A DNA stretch of 64,000 bases from Polyangiales bacterium (GCA_964202905.1 CAXNJO010000005.1:1-64000); one strand, 5' to 3'; counted from the first letter of the stretch, positions 1-9,926 are shown. Made by a program: numbers and translations. Notes: a model not told the origin generated them from the letters alone.

Positions 1-623
1 GCCGGCCGGAGCATGCCGTGCGGCGTCACGAGCGTCGGCGCCGCGCGCGCGTCCCCCACGACGACCACGGCGTCCGCGAAGGCCACCGCGGGCACCTCCC
101 CTTCCCGCACTGCGCGCGCGCGCAGGACGGTGGTTCCGTCGCCCGCGGCGGCGTAGCGCACGAGCGCCCCCGGCGCGCAGCGCAGCCCCAGTGCGGCGAG
201 CCCCTCGCGCAGGCTCCCTTCGCAGCGGACGCGCTCCGCCCGGCTCCCTCCCCCATCGAGCCCCAGCGGGGCGGGCGGATCCCCGAGGGTCGGCAGGGAC
301 ACGACGGCCCGCGGCCGCCCGGCGCGGATCGCGCGCAGCGTCGCGTCGCGCGCCACGAGGTCGGCGACGCCGTCGAGCGACACGACCACGGCGCCGACGT
401 CGCCGCCGTGCAGCGCGAGCGGAAAGAGCGCCGCGCGGAACCCGGCGTCGAAGGCCTCCGTGATCCCGGCGAGCTGCGCGGACGCGACGACCCCCAGCGC
501 GAGCAGGTACGCCAGGCCCCGCGCCCGCAGCGCCGGCGCAGACCATCCGGCGCGGAGTGCGTCGGCGGTCCGATAGCGCGCCGCGATGAGTCGGCGCGCG
601 ATCGCCGTGGAACGGTGGGGCAT
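1..623 (-). CDS. Partial (runs off window start) membrane sensor protein with a CHASE2-like N-terminal domain
   Basis: Not in the ORF track because no stop lies in the window. Manual translation from ATG 623: MPHRSTAIARRL...GLAYLLALGVVASAQLAGITEAFD...ALVRYAAAG...EVPAVAFADAVVVVGD...TLVTPHGMLR. One N-terminal TM helix plus a CHASE2-like 'F.D.VVVVG...TPHG.M' end motif. Confidence 0.5.
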   Translation of the reverse strand, partial: MPHRSTAIARRLIAARYRTADALRAGWSAPALRARGLAYLLALGVVASAQLAGITEAFDAGFRAALFPLALHGGDVGAVVVSLDGVADLVARDATLRAIRAGRPRAVVSLPTLGDPPAPLGLDGGGSRAERVRCEGSLREGLAALGLRCAPGALVRYAAAGDGTTVLRARAVREGEVPAVAFADAVVVVGDARAAPTLVTPHGMLRP

Positions 624-853
624 GGAGCCGTGTGGAGGTGGTCCCCGGACGCGCGGACGCAAAGACGAGACGCTCGGCCGCGCTCGGTGCCACACCGGCA
701 CGCCGACGCGCGGCGCCACAACTTGCACGCAGCGGGCGGGCGCCGACGCACCGCGGCGCCCTTGCCGCACCGCGGGGCCGGCATCAGGACTGGACGCGGT
801 CGGGCGGCCTCCCGGAGGATGGAGCGCCTCCCCCGACACCACGAGGAGAGACC

Positions 854-1294
854 ATGAAGAAGATGCGCAGGACGAGTCGGGCAGTCTGGACGGGCACGGG
901 CGCCGAGGGCTCGGGGAAGGTAACGACGGGGAGCGGCGCGCTCGACGCCCTGCCGTATTCCGTCGTCACCCGCTTCGTCTCCGAGGACGGCAAGGCCGGC
1001 ACGAACCCCGAGGAGCTCATCGCCGCCGCGCACGCGAGCTGCTTCGCGATGGCCCTCTCCTTCGGGCTCACGGGCGCCGGTCACCCGCCCGAGCAGCTCG
1101 ACGTCACCGCGCACCTGACGATGGAGAGCCCCGACGTCCACTGGTCGATCACCGGCGTGACGCTCGTGCTCGCGGCGAAGGTCCCGGGCATCACCGAGGC
1201 GCGTTTCCTCGAGATCGCCGAGGGGGCGAAGGCCAACTGCCCGATCTCGAAGGTGCTGCGCTGCGACATCACGCTCGAGGCGTCGCTCGCCTGA
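854..1294 (+). CDS. osmC: OsmC family peroxiredoxin
   Basis: SRAVWTG...GSGKVTTGSGAL, TNPEELIAAAHASCFAMALS and AKANCPISKVL motifs; GAGGAG RBS before ATG 854. Confidence 0.95.
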   Translation: MKKMRRTSRAVWTGTGAEGSGKVTTGSGALDALPYSVVTRFVSEDGKAGTNPEELIAAAHASCFAMALSFGLTGAGHPPEQLDVTAHLTMESPDVHWSITGVTLVLAAKVPGITEARFLEIAEGAKANCPISKVLRCDITLEASLA

Positions 1295-1386
1295 CCGCCC
1301 GCGGGGCGGGTGCGCTGTCAGTCCCCGCCCCGCCTGCGCGTCTCTCCCTTCCCCGCGGTCCATCGTCCCGCGGGGGTGGGGATGTC

Positions 1387-1716
1387 ATGCGCGTCGAGAA
1401 GGTCCAGCCGTTGTTCACGTCCTACTGCGCGACGGTCGTCACCGAGGGACACGCCAGCCAGCTGACGAAGCTGGCCCAGGCCGAAGTGCTCGCCGGTGAC
1501 GAGTTCCGCACCTACACGGATGGCACCGGGCGCGCCGCCGAGGTGATCCTCGCGCACCGCATCCACGAGGGCGCCGTGCGCTTCGACGCCACCGACGACT
1601 TTCTCTGGGGCGCGCTGCTCGTCGCTGGCCCCTACGAGTACCTCATCGGCGATGGCAATCCGTACATCGTGGTCAACCTGAGCGACCTCGGCCTCTGCAA
1701 GCGCCCGCTCGAGTGA
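1387..1716 (+). CDS. Small hypothetical protein (109 aa)
   Basis: C-terminal part of ORF 586..1716 from MRVEKVQPLF; typical GC3-biased codons and a globular composition; no motif recognised. Confidence 0.65.
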   Translation: MRVEKVQPLFTSYCATVVTEGHASQLTKLAQAEVLAGDEFRTYTDGTGRAAEVILAHRIHEGAVRFDATDDFLWGALLVAGPYEYLIGDGNPYIVVNLSDLGLCKRPLE

Positions 1717-1770
1717 TCGCGGCCGGGCGGGGCGCGCGTGGCGGGCGGGGCGCGCGTGGCGGGCAAACAA

Positions 1771-4677
1771 TCAGGGCGCCGGGCGCCCGCGGCGGATGCG
1801 GCCGAGCTCGCGGTAGCGCTCGAAGAGCTGCGTCTGCCGCGAGCGCAGCGGCAGCGCGCGCCCGCGCACGACGAGGTGCGCGAGGCGCGTGCGCAACTCG
1901 AAGGGGTCGCCCGTCCACGCGGCGAGGTTCGCGACGCGGCCGGGCGCGAGCGTGCCGACCTCCGCGCCGAGCCCGAAGACGCGCGCCGGCTCGCTCGTGA
2001 GCGCGCGCAGCGCGATGGCGGGGTCGAGCCCGTCGGCGACGGCGTTGCCCGCCTCCTGACGCAGGTTGCGCAGGCCGTGCGGGCCATCGGTCGTGAGGAT
2101 CAGCCGCACGCCCGCGCGCGCGAGCAGCGCCGCGTTGTCGTAGCGCGTGCCGAGCCGCGCGAAGCGCTCCGGTAGATTCGCGAGCGGCTGCACGATGCAC
2201 GGCACGCCCGCTGTGGCGATGGCGTCGGCGACCTTCCAGCCCTCCTCGACGCCGCTCAGCACGAGGCGCAGCCGGTAGGCGCGCGCGAGGGCGAGCACGC
2301 GCAGGACGTCGTCCGCCCGCGCGACGCGCACCACGACGGGCACGCGCCCCGAGAGCGCCTCGGCGAGCCGCTCGAGATCCGCGCGCGAGACGCTCAGCTC
2401 GCGGACCCCGCGGCGCTCGTAGGCCGCGCGCTGCGCGGCGTAGAGGCGCGCATCGTCGAGCGCGTCGCGGAAGCGTCCGAGCATCGCCGGGCGCGCCCCG
2501 CCGCCCGCCTCGACGCCGCCATCGTCGAGGTCGACGTGCAGCGCGACGACCGGCGCGACGAGCGCGTCGTCGGGCCGCGCGCCCGCGAGATCGACCCACG
2601 CGCTCGTCCCCGCGACGAGCCCGCCCTGCGGCGTCGAGAGCGCGCTCGTCACGCCGCCGAGCCGCGCGACGGGCACGAGCACCGAGCTCGGGTTGTAGCC
2701 ATCCGCCGCGGAGAACGACGCGCGGATCGGGTCCGCCCCGCCCTCGGGCGCGTCGTCCACCGTCGAGGGCTCGAGCTCGATCTCGACGAGGCCGAGCGCG
2801 TGCCCGACGCCTACGAAGCCGGGCGTGATCGTGAGGCCCGTCGCGTCGATCACGGGCGCGTCCGCCGTGGCCGCGGGCGCAACTCCCTCCGCCGTGACGC
2901 TGACGATGCGTCCGTCGCGCACGACGAGCGTCGCGTCGTCGACGCGCGTCCCGTCGCCGACGAGCACGCGCGCGTGGACGAGCGTGAGCGCACCGCCGAA
3001 CACCGCGCCGCGCGGGCGACGCGCATACGGCTCCGCGAGCGTCGCGGCGGGCACGGCCGCGGGCGCAGGCGCGGCCACCGGCACGGCGGGCGGCAGCGAG
3101 GCCGACGCCTCGGGCAACGTCAGGCCCACCTCGAAGTCCGTGCCCGCGAAGGGGTCGGGCGCGCCGCGCTCGAAGGCGAGCCGCCCGTCGACGTACACGC
3201 GCTCGGCGCGCGCGTAGATGCTGAAGGGCGACGCGCTCCACACGACGACGTCCGCCATCTTCCCGGGCTCGAGCGTGCCCGTCATGCGGTCGACGCCGAG
3301 CGCCCACGCGGGGTTCGCGGTGACCCAGCGCAGCGCCCGATCGTCCGAGACGGGCGGCAGGCCGACGTCCTCGGCCGCGCGCACGCCCTTCGCGGCCTCC
3401 TGCGCGAGGCGCTGCACGAGCATCGCGCTGTCCGAGTGCATGATCGCGCGCACGCCCGCGTGCTCGAGGAGCGCGAGGTTCTGCTCGACGGAGTCGAAGG
3501 CCTCGAGCTTGAACCCCCACCAGTCGGCCCAGGTGCTCACGCTCACGTCCTCGGCCGCGAGCACGTCGCGGATCTTGTAGGCCTCGACCGCGTGGTGGAA
3601 CGAGCGGATGCGGAAGCCGAACTCGCGCCCGATGGCGAGCATCGTCAGCATCTCGTCCGCGCGGTAGCAGTGGTTCTGCACGAGCGTGCGGCCCTCGAGC
3701 ACGCCGACGAGCGCTTCGAGCCCGCGGTCACGCGCGGGCGGCGACGGCTCCGGCCCCGGGTCTTCCGGCGCGGCCGGCACCGCCGCGTCGCTCGCGCCCG
3801 TGTTCGCCGCCGCGACACCCGCATCGCCCACCTCGGCAGCGGCGCGCACGGCCGCGTCGTACGCGTCCTTCTTCACGCGCCACTGCCGCTGTCCGTGCTG
3901 CCAGTTGCGCCACGCCCGCGCGTACTCGACGGCCTGCTGGAAGGCGCGGCGATAGCCCGCGACGTTGCCCATGCGCGTCGAGGGGTTGCTGTGCCGCTCG
4001 CCGTAGATGCGCTTCGGGTTCTCGCCGCAGGCGATCTTCAGCGTGTCGGGCGCCTCGGGGAAGCGCATCTCCGCGGCGCTGCGGCCGAGGTGCAGCTTCA
4101 TCACCACGCCGCGCCCGCCGATCAGGTTCGCGCTGCCGGGCAGCACCTGGATCGTCGTCACGCCCGCCGCGAGCGCGCGCCCGAGCGCCGGATCCTGCGG
4201 CCAGAACGAGTCCTCCGCGCGCACCTCCGCCGTCACGGGGGACGTCGCCTCGTTGCCGTCCGAGGTCGCGTTCACGCCAGGCGCCGCGTAGACGCCCATG
4301 TGCGAGTGCGAGTCGATGATCCCCGGCGTGACGAAGCGCCCCGTCGTATCGACGACGGTCGCGCCCGCGGGGATGGTCACCTCGCTCTCGCTGCCGACGG
4401 CGCGCACGACGCCGTCCTCGAGCACGACCACACCGCGCTCGATCGTGCGCCCCGCGGCCGTCATCACGGTGCCGCCGCGCAGCACCACGGCCGGTGTCTC
4501 GGGCGGCATCCAGCGCGGCGACCGCTCGGCGAGCCAAGGCAGCGGCGCAAGCTCGACCTCTGCGCGCGGCGCACGCGGCGCGGGCGCAGGCGTCGTCGCC
4601 GCAGGCGGCGAACCGCACGCGCAGAGCGCGAGGATCAGGGCGACAGCGAGCGGACGGCGGGGCGCGGGGGCGATCAT
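1771..4677 (-). CDS. Lipoprotein with two fused amidohydrolase-family domains
   Basis: Lipobox LALCAC. Domain 1 has TPGIIDSHSH, KIACGENPK, HCYRADE, HHAVEAY, HSD and GTLEPGKMADVVVW. Domain 2 has TPGFVGVGH and GTLAPGRVANLAAWTGDPF. Confidence 0.9.
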   Translation of the reverse strand: MIAPAPRRPLAVALILALCACGSPPAATTPAPAPRAPRAEVELAPLPWLAERSPRWMPPETPAVVLRGGTVMTAAGRTIERGVVVLEDGVVRAVGSESEVTIPAGATVVDTTGRFVTPGIIDSHSHMGVYAAPGVNATSDGNEATSPVTAEVRAEDSFWPQDPALGRALAAGVTTIQVLPGSANLIGGRGVVMKLHLGRSAAEMRFPEAPDTLKIACGENPKRIYGERHSNPSTRMGNVAGYRRAFQQAVEYARAWRNWQHGQRQWRVKKDAYDAAVRAAAEVGDAGVAAANTGASDAAVPAAPEDPGPEPSPPARDRGLEALVGVLEGRTLVQNHCYRADEMLTMLAIGREFGFRIRSFHHAVEAYKIRDVLAAEDVSVSTWADWWGFKLEAFDSVEQNLALLEHAGVRAIMHSDSAMLVQRLAQEAAKGVRAAEDVGLPPVSDDRALRWVTANPAWALGVDRMTGTLEPGKMADVVVWSASPFSIYARAERVYVDGRLAFERGAPDPFAGTDFEVGLTLPEASASLPPAVPVAAPAPAAVPAATLAEPYARRPRGAVFGGALTLVHARVLVGDGTRVDDATLVVRDGRIVSVTAEGVAPAATADAPVIDATGLTITPGFVGVGHALGLVEIELEPSTVDDAPEGGADPIRASFSAADGYNPSSVLVPVARLGGVTSALSTPQGGLVAGTSAWVDLAGARPDDALVAPVVALHVDLDDGGVEAGGGARPAMLGRFRDALDDARLYAAQRAAYERRGVRELSVSRADLERLAEALSGRVPVVVRVARADDVLRVLALARAYRLRLVLSGVEEGWKVADAIATAGVPCIVQPLANLPERFARLGTRYDNAALLARAGVRLILTTDGPHGLRNLRQEAGNAVADGLDPAIALRALTSEPARVFGLGAEVGTLAPGRVANLAAWTGDPFELRTRLAHLVVRGRALPLRSRQTQLFERYRELGRIRRGRPAP

Positions 4678-4728
4678 GGCGCGCACGATCGCGCGCGGGC
4701 ACCGTGCGCGGCAAGCGTGGACGCCTCG

Positions 4729-5095
4729 TCACCCCCGAAATCGCTGGTTCAGGGGCCCGGGGCGCAGCCCGAGCTCGAGCGTGCGCGTCTCGGCCGTGTT
4801 CACGCTCGGGGCGATCTGGCCCCCGATGACGATCACCTCGGTCCCGGTGTAGACGGCGCACGCCGAGGCGCTCGGCGGACCGGGCGGGATCGCGCGCCAG
4901 GCGTCCATGACCGGATCGTACGCGCCGCCCGTGGCGGTGAAGGTCGAGCTCCCGCGGAAGAAGCCTCCCTGCACGACCAGCTCCGTGCCCGCCCAGAGCA
5001 AGATCCCGCGCTCGCGCGCCGCGGGCGCGCCAAAGCTCGTGAGGGCACGCCAGGTGCCGGTGGTCGGCTCGTAGCGCCCCCCGCCCGAGAGCGCG
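4729..5095 (-). pseudogene. Orphan 3' fragment of the Kelch-repeat gene
   Basis: Encodes ALSGGGRYEPTTGTWRALTSFGAPAARERG...LELGLRPGPLNQRFRG* with no start of its own; joined at 5095/5096 to unrelated sequence. Confidence 0.85.
4766..5095. repeat. 330-bp direct repeat, copy 1 (3' end of Kelch gene; partner 15710-16039)
   Basis: Manual alignment at constant offset 10,944 gives 10 mismatches, all within 4766-4922; 4923-5095 is identical to the partner. Confidence 0.97.
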
Positions 5096-5787
5096 AGGCG
5101 CTCTTTGTCGTGCTCTCGGCCATCGTCGTGAAGTTCTCCCGGCAGCGCGCCGACACCGCCGTCGAGAAGGTCGAGCGGCGCATTCGCAAGCGGCCGCCGA
5201 CGGAGTTCTTCGTGCGCAAGGGCCAAGAGCTCGCCGATCGCTGGGCCCTGCTCGACGCGGCGTGTCCCGATGTCTCGCCGGAGCCTCGCTTGTTCCAGGG
5301 CGACGCGCGCGATCTCCGCAACGTGCTCGGCCCCGGGCTCGCCGCGGACTTCATGCTCACCTCGCCGCCCTACGGCGGAACGTACGATTACGTCGATCAC
5401 CACGCGCGTCGCTACGCGTGGCTCGGCATCGACCCGCGCCCGATGAAGACGCGCGAAATTGGCGCGCGCCGTAACGTGTCCGAAGAAGAGGGCGGCAAAG
5501 AGCGCTGGGACAACGAGCTCGGTCATGCCCTCTCGAGCATCGTCGAAGTGAACCGCCCGGGTTCGCTCCTCGTGCTGTTGATGGGCGACGGTGAGTCGAA
5601 GGGCGAGCGCATCGACGCCGACGCGCAGATCGAGCGGCTCGCGCCTGACGCCGGCCTCGAGCCGGTCGCCATCGCCTCGTCGCCGCGCCCCGGTGATCGT
5701 GGCGAGCACTTAATGGCGCTCGGGGTGAACGCCCCGCCTGCGCCGGCTCAACCGGCAGGACGGCGCTCGAAGAACAGCCACTTGTAG
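5096..5787 (+). pseudogene. 5'-truncated site-specific DNA amino-methyltransferase (SPPY, N4-cytosine type)
   Basis: ...RLFQGDARDL...ADFMLTSPPYGGTYDYVDHH...EIGARR. The protein-like frame begins abruptly at the repeat boundary, with no start codon and no SAM-binding motif I. Confidence 0.8.
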
Positions 5788-6539
5788 TCGGAGAGCGGCG
5801 CAAGCGACGGGCTGAGCGCGAGCAACGCCTCCCCGGCGCGAAACAGCGGCGCGACGAGCGCGCGCGGCAGTTCCCGGAAGGCGAGCGCGTAGCGGACGGG
5901 CACGAAGAGCAGTTGGCCTCGATCGACGAGCCGCAGGCCGGTCGCCTCCACGCGGCGAGTCCACTCGCGAACGCTCATCTGCAGGATGCGCCGCAAGATC
6001 CGCGACTCGTGAATCGGCTCGACGAACAGCAGCCGTCCGCCCGGCCGCAACATCGAGTGCAGATGTTGAATGGCTCGGTCGAACACCGCGGGACTCGAGC
6101 ACGCGAGGGTCAGGCAGCCGAGCGAGAGCACGACATCGTAGCGGCCGAGGTGCTGGGGCTCCGGTGGGCTGAGCACACTCGCCACCTCGAACTGCGCCGC
6201 CACGCCCTCGTCGCGTGCGGACTCTCGCGCAGCCTCTACGGCATTCTCCGCGAAATCGAAGCCTCGCACGCTTGCCCCGCGCCGCGCGAGGTGCACGCTC
6301 GCGCGGCCCGTGCCGCAGCCGATGTCGGCGATCTCGAGGCCGCGTACCTCGCCGAGCACCTGGTCGAGCAAGGCCATTTGCAGCGCATGGAGCTCGGCAT
6401 TGTAGGAATTGCTCGGCCAGTTGCTGCGGGCGAGCCCGCGATAGCTCGTCGCCTTCATGTCCCAATAGCGCGGGCTGTCGTAGAGACCTTGCTTCTTCTG
6501 GCGATCGAGCAGGAGCTGCTTGAGTGTACGACCGCTCAC
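5748..6539 (-). CDS. Class I SAM-dependent methyltransferase
   Basis: IADIGCGTGRAS motif I and LRPGGRLLFVEP; GTG start overlaps the upstream stop (GTGA). Confidence 0.9.
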   Translation of the reverse strand: MSGRTLKQLLLDRQKKQGLYDSPRYWDMKATSYRGLARSNWPSNSYNAELHALQMALLDQVLGEVRGLEIADIGCGTGRASVHLARRGASVRGFDFAENAVEAARESARDEGVAAQFEVASVLSPPEPQHLGRYDVVLSLGCLTLACSSPAVFDRAIQHLHSMLRPGGRLLFVEPIHESRILRRILQMSVREWTRRVEATGLRLVDRGQLLFVPVRYALAFRELPRALVAPLFRAGEALLALSPSLAPLSDYKWLFFERRPAG

Positions 6540-7759
6540 GAAGAAGCCTCCGTGACGATGTGAATGGCCGCCATGGCAGCCGCGGCGCTCCGCTCGGCGT
6601 CCGCGCGATCCGTGCCTGTCGCGAGCACATGACCCACACGCTTCGAGCCATCGACGAGCGGATGTACGGTGTCGCCAGGCGTCACGAATACTTGTGCATC
6701 GACGATGTGCGGAGTCGCGCGCGCAGCGTCGAGGCCGTCGATCTGCTTGACGCGTCCCGGGGTACCGACGAGGAAGCGCCCGACCGCACCGCCGTGAAGC
6801 GCCCCCTCGGGGCCGGCGGACTCCCACGCTGGCCGTCCGAGCGCCACGCCGACGATGCGTCGATAGAGGGACACGCCACTCGCGAGCAGCGTGACGTCCG
6901 GGTCGAGGCCGCCGCCGAGCCGATGTGCCGTCTCGACGAGAAAGGCACCCTCCGCGCCGAGCCGGAGCTGCGTATACGAGGGCCCACGCACCACGCCGAG
7001 CCCGCGCAGGCCTGCGGTGCTCGCGTCGACGAGCATGGCCTCTTCCGCGGGAGTGATCGCTGCGGGATAGGCCTCCGCGTAGGTGATCCCGGGCGGATCA
7101 GGGTAGTGCGTGATGATGCGCTCGGTGACACACAGCACCTCGGTCGTGCCGTCACGGGTATAGGCGTTCACAGAGAACTCGCGGCCCGAGATGAAGGCCT
7201 CGACGACGGCGACGCGATGACCCGTCGCACGCTCGGCGGCCTCGAGCGCCTCGCGGACGGCGAACGCGAGCTCCGCTTCCTTCATGACCACGCGCACGCC
7301 CCTCTGCCCCCAGCCGCGCGTCGGCTTCACGACCACTGGTAGGTCGTGATGTGCGACGAACTCCACGGCTCCCGAGAGCGCGCGAATCACCTCGAAGGCC
7401 GGTGAGGGCGCGCGGCCGGCGAGGTAGCGCTCGCGCATCACGTCCTTGTGCTGGCAGCCGCGGACGACCTCGGGAGTCGCGTAAAAAGGCAGCCCGAGCG
7501 CCTGTGCCGCCTGCGCGACTGGGAGCACGGCGTGGTCTGCGCCGCAGGTGGTCAGTCCATCGACTCGGTGGGTACGCGCGGCGCGCGCGATGCCATCGAC
7601 GTCTTGGGTGCTGCAGACCTCGAATGCGTCGCAGAGGGCTGCCCCCGCCGAGCTCGGGTTGGCGTCCGCGCCGACGACGAAGAGCCCCTCCGACTTGCAG
7701 AAGCGCAGCAGTCCGAGCTGCGGATAGCCCGTCGCCACCACGAGGAGCCTTGCGCTCAT
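6536..7759 (-). CDS. ATP-grasp domain protein (L-amino-acid-ligase-like)
   Basis: HKDVMRE, PVVVKPTRGWGQRGV, VVEAFISGREFSV, LVETAHRLGG; ATG overlaps the GT2 stop. Confidence 0.9.
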   Translation of the reverse strand: MSARLLVVATGYPQLGLLRFCKSEGLFVVGADANPSSAGAALCDAFEVCSTQDVDGIARAARTHRVDGLTTCGADHAVLPVAQAAQALGLPFYATPEVVRGCQHKDVMRERYLAGRAPSPAFEVIRALSGAVEFVAHHDLPVVVKPTRGWGQRGVRVVMKEAELAFAVREALEAAERATGHRVAVVEAFISGREFSVNAYTRDGTTEVLCVTERIITHYPDPPGITYAEAYPAAITPAEEAMLVDASTAGLRGLGVVRGPSYTQLRLGAEGAFLVETAHRLGGGLDPDVTLLASGVSLYRRIVGVALGRPAWESAGPEGALHGGAVGRFLVGTPGRVKQIDGLDAARATPHIVDAQVFVTPGDTVHPLVDGSKRVGHVLATGTDRADAERSAAAAMAAIHIVTEASS

Positions 7760-8718
7760 GGCTCTCGCGGCGGCGTCGCGGAGTCCGCCGCGCCGAGCTC
7801 CTCCGCAATGCGATAGAGCGGTCGATCTTGCGTCTGCTCGAAGATTCGACCGACATATTCGCCGATCACGCTGAGCGCGATGAGCTGGAGTCCGCCGATG
7901 ATCACGATGGCGGCGAATAGGCTCGTATATCCGCCAGTGATGTCGACGCCGATGAGCTTCTGGCCAATCCGGTAGAGCGCGAGCGCGATCCCCGCGACCG
8001 CGAACAGCGCGCCGACCGCCCCGATGATGCGGAGAGGGCGCATGCTGAAGCCGACCATCAGGTCGAAGCTGTGATTGATGAGCTTCCACAGATCGTATTT
8101 GCTGTGGCCGGCGCGCCGGGTGTCGTGCGCTACGGGAATCGAGACGCCCTTGGCGCCGCTCCACTCGGTGAGCGCGCTGAAGAACTTGCGCTTCTCTGGG
8201 AGGCCCGCGATGAAGCGCGCGACCTCGCCATCGAGAAGCCGAAAGGTCGTGACGTCCTGCGGGAGCTGAATGTCGAGCACATGCCGCATCAGCCACACCA
8301 TCAGCTTCGACGCGAGCACTCGGTGAGGCGGATCGCGCCGCGCCATGCGGGCGCCGTACACGATGTCGAAGCCCTCGCGGCCCTTCGCGAGCAGCTTGGG
8401 AATCTCTTCGGGGGGATTCTGCAGGTCGCCGTCGAGCTGTAGGACTTTACGACCTCGCGTGCGCAACATCCCCGCTTGCACCGCAGCCTCTTGCCCAAAC
8501 GTGCGGGTGAGGCGCAGCACGCGGAGCCGCGGATCGGTACGGCTCAGCTCGCGCAGGTGCAGGAAGGTCGCATCGCGACTGCCATCGTCGACGAACAAGA
8601 CCTCGAAAGACTGCCCTTCTCCCTCGAGCACCTCGACGAGTCGCGCGAAGAGCTCACGGACGTTCCCCTCCTCGTTGAGCACGGGAATCACCACGCTGAT
8701 CTCCGGCGCTGCGCTCAT
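7756..8718 (-). CDS. GT2 polyprenyl-phosphate glycosyltransferase (ArnC/GtrB-like)
   Basis: ISVVIPVLNEE, FVDDGSRD, FGQEAA, DGDLQNPPEEIP, RRAGHSKY and two C-terminal TM helices ending IGEYVGRIF. Confidence 0.92.
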   Translation of the reverse strand: MSAAPEISVVIPVLNEEGNVRELFARLVEVLEGEGQSFEVLFVDDGSRDATFLHLRELSRTDPRLRVLRLTRTFGQEAAVQAGMLRTRGRKVLQLDGDLQNPPEEIPKLLAKGREGFDIVYGARMARRDPPHRVLASKLMVWLMRHVLDIQLPQDVTTFRLLDGEVARFIAGLPEKRKFFSALTEWSGAKGVSIPVAHDTRRAGHSKYDLWKLINHSFDLMVGFSMRPLRIIGAVGALFAVAGIALALYRIGQKLIGVDITGGYTSLFAAIVIIGGLQLIALSVIGEYVGRIFEQTQDRPLYRIAEELGAADSATPPREP

Positions 8719-9878
8719 CGCGAGTCCGTCGCGCTCGAGCGACTGGCCCGCGCATCGGCGAGGGCCTCGACGAGGCCGCTGACGACTACGCTCACGTCGT
8801 CGAGCGGGAGGTCCGGCCAGAGCGGCAGTGTGACGGTGCGCTCTCCGAACAGCGCCGCGTGCGGAAAGGCGTCTCGCGCATGGCCGAAGCGCTCGCGGTA
8901 GTAGCTGAGGGTGTGCACGCTGCGATAGTTCACCGCGCAACCGATGGCGCGCTCGCCGAGCCCAGCGAGCACGGCGTCTCGAAGATCTGCCGGGACCAGC
9001 GTCGTGAAGAGGTGATGCGCGCTCCGGCCGGAGCGCCCGACGAGCTCTACCTCCGCGACCGATGCGAGCTCGCGCTCGTAGCGCTCGACCAGCGCGGCCC
9101 GCCGCTCGCGCTGCGCGTCGATGCGGTCGAACTGAGGCAAGAGCAGCGCCGCGTCGAGGTCGGTCATCGCCGCCTTGTAGCCGAGCTCCACCATGTCCCA
9201 GTGCGCGTAGCGCACTCCGTAGCGGCTCGCGGCGTCCTTGGTGACGCCGTGATTGCGCAGCCGCCGGAGCTCAGCCGAAAAGCGCCCATCGCGGACCGCG
9301 AGCGCCCCGCCGTCGCCGCAGGTGAGGTTCTTCGTCGCGTAAAAGCTCATGGCGGTGAGGTCCGCGAGCTGCCCAGTCCGCGCGCCGTCGCGCATGGCCT
9401 CGAGGGAGTGGGCGGCGTCATCGATCAGCGCGAGTCCGTGCCGATCGGCGATCGCGCGCAGCGCAGGCAAGTCAGCGAGCTGGCCATACAGCCCCACGGC
9501 GATGATGGCGCGGGTCCGGGGCGTGATGGCGGCCTCGACGCGCGCCGGATCGATGAGTCCAGTCCGCGGGTCGATGTCCGCGAAGACGGGAGTGGCACCG
9601 ACGTGCAGCGGCGCGTTCGGGGTCGATACGAAGGTCATCGGCGTGGTGATGACCTCGTGCCCGGGGCCAATCCCGAGCACCCGCAGCGCAAGGATGAGGG
9701 CCTGCGAGCAGTTCGTGACTCCGATCACGTGCTCGACGCCGAGATACTCTGCGAGCCTGCGCTCGAACTCCCCCACGCGGGGCCCGAGCGTTAGAAAGAC
9801 CGACTCGATCGTCTGACGCACACTCGCGAGCTCGGCTTCACCGAGAGTGTGCCGGAAGAACTCGACGGGACGACGCAC
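8715..9878 (-). CDS. DegT/DnrJ/EryC1/StrS PLP-dependent sugar aminotransferase (ArnB-like)
   Basis: GPGHEVITTPMTF, IDDAAHS, SFYATKNLTCGDGG (PLP lysine), TLPLWP. Confidence 0.95.
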   Translation of the reverse strand: MRRPVEFFRHTLGEAELASVRQTIESVFLTLGPRVGEFERRLAEYLGVEHVIGVTNCSQALILALRVLGIGPGHEVITTPMTFVSTPNAPLHVGATPVFADIDPRTGLIDPARVEAAITPRTRAIIAVGLYGQLADLPALRAIADRHGLALIDDAAHSLEAMRDGARTGQLADLTAMSFYATKNLTCGDGGALAVRDGRFSAELRRLRNHGVTKDAASRYGVRYAHWDMVELGYKAAMTDLDAALLLPQFDRIDAQRERRAALVERYERELASVAEVELVGRSGRSAHHLFTTLVPADLRDAVLAGLGERAIGCAVNYRSVHTLSYYRERFGHARDAFPHAALFGERTVTLPLWPDLPLDDVSVVVSGLVEALADARASRSSATDSR

Positions 9879-9926
9879 GGGAGACCTCGCGAGGTGGGGG
9901 AGTCATGGTGGGATTCGGCCGCGTGC

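Noticed and set aside
1725..1764. Short 18-bp tandem duplication between convergent genes
   Set aside because: Only two GC-rich copies; no evidence of function.
2536..5787. 1083-aa plus-strand ORF as a giant methyltransferase
   Set aside because: Mostly the antisense shadow of the amidohydrolase and the Kelch fragment; only 5096-5787 looks like real protein.
5096..5787. Functional restriction-modification or defence system
   Set aside because: The methylase is truncated and no nuclease partner is visible.
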